NCBI GenBank assembly: GCA_964570115.1
Contig: CAZMWH010000001.1
Coordinates: 1-53,415 of the forward strand
Direction: 5' to 3'
Source: an uncultured Candidatus Saccharibacteria bacterium
GTDB lineage: Bacteria > Patescibacteriota > Saccharimonadia > Saccharimonadales > Saccharimonadaceae
Length of the DNA stretch: 53,415 nt
Each line of letters begins with the position of its first letter. Position 1 is the first letter of the stretch. Both the position numbers and the translations under genes were made by a program. The notes under the pieces are model-generated. The model was not told the origin of the DNA. It was given only the letters and a program-made list of their open reading frames with translations, and did no database searches. Below, piece after piece: positions 46,748-53,415 of the stretch.

Positions 46748-46867
46748 ATGACTAATAACCCGTTATTCCCGGCTTCTGACTCTACTGGGCTTCAACAAGA
46801 AATAGAACAAGCCGCGCTAATGGACGACACTAAGGAAACGCTTAACAAAAAGGGCGGCGCGGAATAG
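46748..46867 (+). CDS. 39-aa ORF directly upstream of the DUF3800-like gene (not in ORF track)
   Basis: MTNNPLFPASDSTGLQQEIEQAALMDDTKETLNKKGGAE; TG-A-TAGACT 6 nt before the ATG; stop 1 nt before the next ATG. Confidence 0.45.
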   Translation: MTNNPLFPASDSTGLQQEIEQAALMDDTKETLNKKGGAE

Positions 46868-46868
46868 C

Positions 46869-47609
46869 ATGGAGCAATACTTCCTCTTCCTCGACGAATC
46901 CGGGACGGCAAGCCTCAAAAACATCGACCCTTACTTCCCAGCTCTCGTCTTAACGGGTGCCCTCGTCTCGGAAACTAGCTACAAGACCATAGAAGATAGG
47001 ATTAATCGTCTTAAGCAGAAATACTTCCCCGGTAAGCAAGTTGTTCTTCATCGCCGTGATATGCGGAAATATGAGCGGGGTTTTGAAATCTTCTTCGACG
47101 ATAACGTCAAACGCAAGTTCTACAACGACCTTAACAAAATCCTTTCCGAATCCGACTACGAACTAATCACCTCAGCTATCGACAAGAATAAGTATCTCGA
47201 ACAGTTCGGCAAACTGACTAGTGACCCATACCAAATCGCCCTCTCCTTCATTCTAGAACGCTGTGTCTTGAAAGCTGAAGAAAAAGGGGCAACAATTCAA
47301 GCATTTATAGAAAGCCGCGGCAAGAAGGAGGATAAGTTAGTCGATGCGCAATACAATACTCTGCTCCACCGTGGTTCTCATGAGGTGGCGGCGGAACGTT
47401 TTCTTAACCGCTTCGACCCAGATTTAGTACCGTGTAAGAAACAAGACATGGTAATCGGAATAGAGGTGGCGGATTTGTGCGCTTATCCAATCGGGCGCTT
47501 TGTCCTTAATAACAACGAGCCAAACCCTGCTTTCGACATCATACGCCCTAAAATGGCGAGCAATAATACTGGGAACGTCATAGGTTTCGGTATTAAGCTT
47601 TATCCCTAG
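46869..47609 (+). CDS. DUF3800-family protein (acidic-motif, putative nuclease)
   Basis: FLDESG at N-terminus, LHRRDMRK, IESRGKKED, GIEVADLCAYPIGR. Confidence 0.82.
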   Translation: MEQYFLFLDESGTASLKNIDPYFPALVLTGALVSETSYKTIEDRINRLKQKYFPGKQVVLHRRDMRKYERGFEIFFDDNVKRKFYNDLNKILSESDYELITSAIDKNKYLEQFGKLTSDPYQIALSFILERCVLKAEEKGATIQAFIESRGKKEDKLVDAQYNTLLHRGSHEVAAERFLNRFDPDLVPCKKQDMVIGIEVADLCAYPIGRFVLNNNEPNPAFDIIRPKMASNNTGNVIGFGIKLYP

Positions 47610-47667
47610 TAGGGGGGCGGCGAAAATCGCTATTGAATATAATGCATAGCTATAGTATAATGAAACT

Positions 47668-47720
47668 ATAAGGATTGGGGTGTCCCCAGTCGATAGAAGG
47701 CACTCGAAAGGGTGCTTTTT
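47668..47720 (+). ncRNA. Putative DUF3800-associated small RNA
   Basis: Promoter TTGAAT(47633)-17-TATAAT(47656); hairpin GATTGGGG-TGT-CCCCAGTC; terminator AAGGCACTC-GAAA-GGGTGCTTTTT; no ORF. Confidence 0.7.
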
Positions 47721-47852
47721 ATTATGTTCTCATAGTGTTGAATATCTGCGCTGACCAGTGTATGGTTCTACAATAGTATTGACTATTTGACAAGTAAGTG
47801 GAATAGAACTCTGCTTGGATATTATACTGGCAAGTGTCAAGGTTTTACCAGT

Positions 47853-47910
47853 AAACAAAAATCGCCAATCGCTACACTGTAGGGGGGTTGCGCGATGGCG
47901 ATTTTTGTTT
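47853..47910. repeat. 15-bp perfect inverted repeat / bidirectional terminator-like hairpin
   Basis: AAACAAAAATCGCCA (47853-47867) and TGGCGATTTTTGTTT (47896-47910). Confidence 0.8.
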
Positions 47911-48080
47911 GGGCTAAGCGACTCGGTGTCGTTATGGGGTTCAAACGAGTTTTCGCTATGACTTACTTCGTTGCTTTTTGAAGTAGTAATACTCTGTATG
48001 GTTGAAGTGTTTTGCCGAATCTCGAATCTTGAAAAAATGTGGTTCCTGATATAGTATAAGGATATCCGCAATCTCTTTAA

Positions 48081-48125
48081 GGAGGGAAGGGTTGTGGTTC
48101 AAAAGATTCCCAGTCCCCTCCACCA
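48081..48125 (+). other. tRNA-like minihelix or tRNA remnant ending in ACCA
   Basis: GGAGGG...GGTTCAAA..GATTCCCAGT..CCCTCC-A-CCA; TTGAAA-17-TAGTAT upstream. Confidence 0.5.
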
Positions 48126-48138
48126 TCACCAAAAAACA

Positions 48139-48567
48139 ATGAACAGATTAAAAGTCTCTCTTCGTCGTCTCTTCTTCAAACTAAAACACGAATATTTTAC
48201 CTTCGACAATATTCTTGTTTTAGTCGCGATTGTTTTTTGTTTCGTCTGGACTTATGGCTCGATTGTCTCAATGTCCCGTAACTGGAAACTCTCGGAGAAA
48301 ATCGAAACTAAAAAACGCGAGCTCGCCCTTCTCGAGCTCGAAGTAGAGACTCTCGAGCTAGAAAACGATTATTATCGCTCCGAAGAATATGAAGAACTTT
48401 CTGCCCGCGCGAAACAAAACAAAAAACTCGAAGGCGAAGAACTTGTCTATCTCCCGGAAAACTCCGCCGAGGCAAAAGCCAAGACTTACGAGAAAGAAAA
48501 ACCAAAAGAAAAAGACCCGTCGAATTTTTCAAAATGGATGTCTTTCCTGTTTGGCATAAAAATCTAA
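48139..48567 (+). CDS. FtsB/DivIC-like septum formation initiator protein
   Basis: TM helix, coiled coil, YYRSEEYEELSAR...KKLEGEELVYLP. Confidence 0.7.
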   Translation: MNRLKVSLRRLFFKLKHEYFTFDNILVLVAIVFCFVWTYGSIVSMSRNWKLSEKIETKKRELALLELEVETLELENDYYRSEEYEELSARAKQNKKLEGEELVYLPENSAEAKAKTYEKEKPKEKDPSNFSKWMSFLFGIKI

Positions 48568-48606
48568 TTTGCTAATTCCACTTAAGTTTGTTAATATAAA
48601 GTTATT

Positions 48607-49173
48607 ATGGATAATAACGAAGATATTATAATTCCTAAAAAAAGTTCTAAAACTCCCGTCGCTTCTGACGGCGCTACTCCAGTCGTTAAAAAAGAGACGA
48701 ATAAGCCTCTTATGATAACCTTAATCATCGCCGGCGTTTTTATTATTGTTCTCGTCGCCGCAGTCATCATTCTCCTTAACAGAGGCTCGACCGCTCCCAT
48801 AGAAAATCCCGATGGCGATACCGGAGAGATTGTCGAAGTCGAAACTATCTATACAACCCCCGACGGCGTCGAAGATGCCGAAGCAGCTTATTCCGAATGG
48901 CTTGAGGAACAAAAGGAATCCGCCGAGACCCCAGAAGCCGTTTTTGACGCCGATATGCAAATCATTTCCAACGAAATCTCCCAAGAAAACTACGATAAAG
49001 CCCTCGAACTTCTCGACGCAATCTCTCGCGACGACCTCGATACGACTCAGCTCTTCCGTCTCTATAATATTTATACTCGCGTTTACGAAGGCAACGGCGA
49101 TACCGAAAAATATGACGAATATGTTGATCTCCGTACTGAACAACTCAACTTCCTCACCGACTCCGAAGAATAA
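48607..49173 (+). CDS. Membrane-anchored acidic TPR-like protein
   Basis: One TM helix; ENYDKALELL, VYEGNGDTEKY helical-repeat pattern. Confidence 0.65.
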   Translation: MDNNEDIIIPKKSSKTPVASDGATPVVKKETNKPLMITLIIAGVFIIVLVAAVIILLNRGSTAPIENPDGDTGEIVEVETIYTTPDGVEDAEAAYSEWLEEQKESAETPEAVFDADMQIISNEISQENYDKALELLDAISRDDLDTTQLFRLYNIYTRVYEGNGDTEKYDEYVDLRTEQLNFLTDSEE

Positions 49174-49240
49174 CTAAAATCCTTCTAGACTAAAAACCTT
49201 AAGTTTTATATAATAAAACCATAAGTAGGTTATATTTTTA

Positions 49241-49993
49241 ATGGAAGATTCGACTAAGAACGTCCGCGACCCGTTCGACCCCTTTTCCGATAAAGAGGAA
49301 GTTTTTGAAACTAAAAACATCAAAACCTCTAAAGCCGGTCGTCTAAAATCTAAACCCCCCATCCCTTCCACCTCCTCCAAGAAAAAGAAGCCTCTCCCTC
49401 TCTCGAAACGTCTAAAACTCGCCCTAAAATCTTTTTCCGAAAGGGAAGACAAAAAACGAATTTTTCTCTTCTCCGGGATTTCTTTACTTCTAATTATCGG
49501 AATAATTTTCTTTTATACCTTTTTCATCGAACCTTGGCGAAGGGAACAAATGGCGGAACTTACCGATAAAATTACGACAGAAAAAGCCGCTTCTTTTTCT
49601 ATGGACGTAATTGCCTATGAGAACGAAGAGGAAAGTTTCGAAGATTTAGAAAAAAGACTCCTCCGAGAAATAAATACCTCTTCCGATAGAAAAATAAAAA
49701 TCTCCGCGCTTGTCTCCTTAGCCGATATTTATAGCGACAACGGACGAATTTCCGAGGCAATAAAAATGTTAGAGAAAGAATTAGAAACCGCCGAAACTCC
49801 AAGCGAAAAAGTCCAACTAATGGCGAACCTTTCTAACTTATATGCTAAAAACGGCGACAAGGAAAAAGCTATTTCTCTCCTAGAACAAATTCTAGAATAT
49901 CCTGAAACCGAAAATATCGAAATTAACGGCTTGCCCTGGGGCGGCGTCCGCGAGACCTACTTAGAAGAATATAACAGGATGAAAAATGAATAA
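49241..49993 (+). CDS. Membrane-anchored TPR-like protein
   Basis: One TM helix; LADIYSDNGRISEAIKMLE, LSNLYAKNGDKEKAISLLE. Confidence 0.7.
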   Translation: MEDSTKNVRDPFDPFSDKEEVFETKNIKTSKAGRLKSKPPIPSTSSKKKKPLPLSKRLKLALKSFSEREDKKRIFLFSGISLLLIIGIIFFYTFFIEPWRREQMAELTDKITTEKAASFSMDVIAYENEEESFEDLEKRLLREINTSSDRKIKISALVSLADIYSDNGRISEAIKMLEKELETAETPSEKVQLMANLSNLYAKNGDKEKAISLLEQILEYPETENIEINGLPWGGVRETYLEEYNRMKNE

Positions 49994-52900
49994 GGCTTTC
50001 TTAAGACCCCTCAGCATATTAAGCCTCTGTCTTGTTGTCGGCTTTGCGGCGGTTCTTTCTACTTTTGCTACTGGAGGTAGTGGAGATACCGCAACCAGCG
50101 GTGCTAAAAGCCAGTATATGTCTTATTGTCAGAGTAGAGACATAACAGTTTTAGCCGGAAAAAAATGGAGCAACACCTATACGGTTGGGACAACGATCGG
50201 AACTTTAACCCAGTCGAAGAAAACTAGGAAGTTCACCGCCGCGAACGGAACAGCAACAACGTGGTCTGTTAGCTCGTCGTCTAGTTATCCCCGCGAAGCT
50301 GAACAATCATATACCTGTCCACACTATATAAAATCAGACATTGCAACTTTTAATACTGCTTGGAATACCGCTAAGGCTTATATGAAACAAGTTGGTCAAA
50401 CTTTTAATTACGATACTACCGCAAAAGCAATATGCGATAATACTACAACTAATCCAAGCAACGTCGTCGTCTGGGTTGGTATGGACGGAACCATAGACAA
50501 TTATTTCGGCGATCAATCTGACGAGACGGCTGATGCGAATGGCTATAAGAATATAGGAAGAGTTGATAAAAATTATTACAGGTTAAAAAACTCGACCGGC
50601 GTAAACGAAAAGAAGGTCAAGACCTTCAACAGCTCGAAAACATACACAAACAGTTACGGCACGGCAAAGTTCCCTTATAATTTTACTCACGAAACTCACG
50701 GCAACTTTTGGAATGATGCGGTTTCCGACGATTATTGGTATTCTCCTAATCTTCCTTCCGGTGTCCCCAAAACTTGGTATACTCTTCTCCAATACACAGT
50801 TTATGAATCCGGTACAAAGTTCATGAACGGGACAAATTATACCGACGACAACCTAGCTTTCTTCTGCCCAGGTATGTTCTCTCCCCCAGCAGTAACAGAA
50901 ACCACCTCTACTTACTCCGTTTCTGCCACTGTAACCGACGGAACAACCGCAAAAAACGCCTCAAACTCACCCTCTACTTCTCCTCACACATATAACGTCG
51001 CTAACGGCTTTTCTAGCCTCACTCTAACTTTCGGCGGAACGGTTTCCCGCGGTTCTGGCGCAACTTATACTGATAACGTCTCGATTACTTATAAAGTCGG
51101 CAACGCCTCCCAAACCAGTATGAACGTTGGTAGTTCCGCCAACACCTCAACCAACAATACCGTCACGATTTACCCCGGAACAACTTCGACTGATACGAGC
51201 GGCGATACGCTCTACGTTGCCGCTGGTGCCACTACTCCAAACATCTGCCGTACCGTTACAATTAGCCCCACCAGTTATTCCAGTACAAGCGGCGGTAGCG
51301 GTAGTGGAACCAGCACCGTCTGCGTCAAAGTTTCCCGCGCCGCCGACGAAATCAAATACGCCAAGTTCTCCGGAACAGTCAGTTCCGTTACTGAGACAGG
51401 GGGCAAACTCGTATCTTCTGGAGGCTATTTATGGACCGCCAGTGCCTCCGGTTCAACAACCTTTAAAGTATCCGGCTCTGTTAGCCGTAAAAACGATTCA
51501 ACGGATACTTATTCGGGCAATTCTTATTCTCGCTATAACATAACCGGAACCGCCCAGTCTTCATCGCCCTACGGCCTCTCAACAACTAATACCGGCAACC
51601 TCGCCAAAGGCGGTAGTAAATCTATGGATACGACTTTTACCGGCTCTTGGAAAGACCTTGCTCAAGGAGGAACTGCTCAAGTTTGCGGCTATCTTTATTA
51701 CGATTCTTCCGTAACTTATACAAACGGTTCTATAACCGCCCAAACTCCAGCCGCCGCAACGCAAAAATGCGTAACTATTAAACGCTATACTGATACCTCC
51801 GCGACTTTCTCCGGCTCAGTTAGTTCTGTCTCAGAAACCGGCGGGAAATTTATAACTTCTGGCGGAAAATATTATACTTACGATGCTTCCGGCTCAACAA
51901 CTTTCTCTATCTCCGGTTCAATTGCCCGTAGCTCCTCCGATAGTCATACGAGCAATGGCGTCACTTCGCGTTATAGCATTGGTGCCGCCCAATCCGCTTC
52001 CGCTTATGGGATCTCTAGTTCAAGCCCCACCGTTTCTCCGAATCGCGGCTCTAGCTCTACTGTTTCCGGATCTTTTACAGGAAGCTGGAGCAACCTCGCT
52101 AAAGGAGGTTCAACCACTATTTGCGGCTATCTCTACCTCGATACGACGGTCAACTTCCGTAATGGCTCCGAACAATCTCGCACTCAAGGCACCGGCGGCT
52201 CAAAATGCGTTACGCTTTATCGCTACTCCGACGTTGTCGCCAGGTTCTCCGGCTCAACTTCTCTCGGAACTATGGATCCAAGCCTCGTTTGTGGAAGCGA
52301 ATCCAGCAACAAGATAGCCTGTACTGGTATCGCCAGCCAAGGGACTTATAGAGTCGGCTTCTCTAACTCTGTCTCTAGAACCGGCGACGGCTCCAGTATT
52401 ACTAACGCCGCCTTTAAATATGCCGTCAATAAAAACGGAACTGACGATACTGCTAAAACCAGCACTCTTAAAATCAACACCTCTAAAACCAATGATGGCC
52501 TCGGAGCAAACAGCGTTGATGTCTCTGTTTCAGAAAGCGATAGCGCCGACCAAAAGGTTACCTACTGTCAAAATGTAAAATACAATACTTCTTCGACCTA
52601 TTATAATGGAAAACTAATTAACTCTTCCGGAACAGAAATCTCTGCCTCGAATCTTTCTATGGACGGAAATAGTACTCAAAAATGCGTAGAAATTACTCGC
52701 CCAAAGAACTTCTATAACTATGCTAAGTTCTCCAGCGGATTAAAAATCACGGAAACTAGCGGCTATCTCGTCTCCTGCTCTCCAAACGAACTCGGAACTG
52801 CCTCGGCTCAAAACAAAACTATCGAATGTACTGGCCCCGCCGTCCAGTCGAACTTTACCTTAACGTTCGAATATATTGTTAACCGTAAAAACGATACGAC

Positions 52901-53415
52901 CGATACCTACCCAAATTCCTCTCTCGCAAACAGCTCCGCCGGAACCGTTCTCTCCGAAGGCGCGTTTAGTAATTCAAAATACACCTCCAATCTCAATCTT
53001 TCGACCGGTGCCCTCGCTAAAGGCGGCACAAAAACCGTCAAAACCGAAGCCTCAAAATCCTATACGATTAAACCCGGAGAAAACAAAACTATCTGTGCCT
53101 ACTTAACTTATAATGATAGCTTAAAAATTAAGAATAACGTTTCTGTTGTCTCTAGCGCTACAACTAACGACAAGGCTTTTAAGTGTATTAAAATAACTAA
53201 TCCAAACCCCCAAACCCCAGTTAGCTTTACAGGAACTTCCTCAACCCCGTCTCTAACGGACACCAGTTATTTTACCAAAAAATCTAACGGCGAATATTAT
53301 ATAACAAAAGCCGCGACGCTTTACCCGTCATCTTCCGCCGTAACGTCCTCCGATAATAAGTATAGTGTTAAATATTCTCATACCGTTAAACGCGATAATG
53401 TCTCAAACTATACTT
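49986..53415 (+). CDS. Large secreted Ser/Thr-rich repeat surface protein, 3'-truncated by the window (not in ORF track)
   Basis: ATG 49986 overlaps the upstream gene; signal peptide MNKAFLRPLSILSLCLVVGFAAVLSTFA; same frame reads sensibly at the window end; recurring A.FSG.V / C.YL.YD / KCV modules. Confidence 0.85.
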   Translation, partial: MNKAFLRPLSILSLCLVVGFAAVLSTFATGGSGDTATSGAKSQYMSYCQSRDITVLAGKKWSNTYTVGTTIGTLTQSKKTRKFTAANGTATTWSVSSSSSYPREAEQSYTCPHYIKSDIATFNTAWNTAKAYMKQVGQTFNYDTTAKAICDNTTTNPSNVVVWVGMDGTIDNYFGDQSDETADANGYKNIGRVDKNYYRLKNSTGVNEKKVKTFNSSKTYTNSYGTAKFPYNFTHETHGNFWNDAVSDDYWYSPNLPSGVPKTWYTLLQYTVYESGTKFMNGTNYTDDNLAFFCPGMFSPPAVTETTSTYSVSATVTDGTTAKNASNSPSTSPHTYNVANGFSSLTLTFGGTVSRGSGATYTDNVSITYKVGNASQTSMNVGSSANTSTNNTVTIYPGTTSTDTSGDTLYVAAGATTPNICRTVTISPTSYSSTSGGSGSGTSTVCVKVSRAADEIKYAKFSGTVSSVTETGGKLVSSGGYLWTASASGSTTFKVSGSVSRKNDSTDTYSGNSYSRYNITGTAQSSSPYGLSTTNTGNLAKGGSKSMDTTFTGSWKDLAQGGTAQVCGYLYYDSSVTYTNGSITAQTPAAATQKCVTIKRYTDTSATFSGSVSSVSETGGKFITSGGKYYTYDASGSTTFSISGSIARSSSDSHTSNGVTSRYSIGAAQSASAYGISSSSPTVSPNRGSSSTVSGSFTGSWSNLAKGGSTTICGYLYLDTTVNFRNGSEQSRTQGTGGSKCVTLYRYSDVVARFSGSTSLGTMDPSLVCGSESSNKIACTGIASQGTYRVGFSNSVSRTGDGSSITNAAFKYAVNKNGTDDTAKTSTLKINTSKTNDGLGANSVDVSVSESDSADQKVTYCQNVKYNTSSTYYNGKLINSSGTEISASNLSMDGNSTQKCVEITRPKNFYNYAKFSSGLKITETSGYLVSCSPNELGTASAQNKTIECTGPAVQSNFTLTFEYIVNRKNDTTDTYPNSSLANSSAGTVLSEGAFSNSKYTSNLNLSTGALAKGGTKTVKTEASKSYTIKPGENKTICAYLTYNDSLKIKNNVSVVSSATTNDKAFKCIKITNPNPQTPVSFTGTSSTPSLTDTSYFTKKSNGEYYITKAATLYPSSSAVTSSDNKYSVKYSHTVKRDNVSNYT

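Larger units (their letters stand above)
43861..48125. mobile_element. ~4.2-kb tRNA-associated genomic island with large serine recombinase
   Basis: Recombinase abuts and overlaps the tRNA; + strand genes here lack the host C>G skew (row 47281: 8 C vs 17 G); tRNA-like CCACCA end at 48125 where host-like composition resumes. Right boundary is approximate. Confidence 0.8.

Noticed and set aside
47730-48071. 113-aa minus-strand ORF in the island
   Set aside because: No SD or motif, and it runs through multiple hairpins; more likely non-coding.
43880-48125. Perfect attL/attR direct repeat for the island
   Set aside because: Only TGGTTC and CCACCA are shared between the ends; no exact duplication found, so the right boundary stays approximate.
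50334-53106. Tracked ORFs in the last 3.4 kb
   Set aside because: All are alternative frames of the single large ORF starting at 49986.
1-53415. CRISPR array, rRNA, IS transposase, reverse transcriptase
   Set aside because: No regularly spaced repeats or diagnostic motifs seen by eye.
1-53415. TGA recoding (code 25) as in some CPR lineages
   Set aside because: Core genes are full length under code 11, and TGA ends genes at ATGA overlaps (9754, 13017).

Overview
Bacterial chromosome segment spanning the replication-origin gene block. Gene content and style suggest Candidatus Saccharibacteria/CPR (inference); standard code 11 with TGA used as stop. Left to right: the 3' part of a C39-like peptidase gene; recF-dnaN-oriC-dnaA / rpmH-rnpA-yidC-jag; an LCP protein, a LexA-like HTH and a ricin-lectin surface protein; a ~26 kb surface-glycan/phosphodiester-polymer locus (LicD, two cytidylyltransferases, class V aminotransferase, a YidC-glycerophosphotransferase fusion, two sulfatase-fold membrane proteins, GT2/GT4s, galE, wzm/wzt, glmS, glmM, priming transferase, ligase/polymerase, GtrA); housekeeping genes; tRNA(CAT); a ~4.2 kb compositionally distinct island; an FtsB-like gene, two TPR-like membrane proteins and a >1,140-aa secreted repeat protein running off the window. 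Most notable observations: (1) the strong C>G skew of the + strand does not invert at a textbook oriC; (2) the island's large serine recombinase ends inside the tRNA and its promoter is overlapped by a CIRCE (HrcA) operator; (3) the island carries a DUF3800-like gene with its own promoter-hairpin-terminator small RNA, several other structured non-coding elements and a CCA-ending tRNA minihelix; (4) a YidC-transferase fusion sits next to a small single-pass peptide; (5) a perfect 297-bp repeat is shared by two GT2 genes flanking wzm/wzt. All family calls are from motif recognition by eye; no database search was run.
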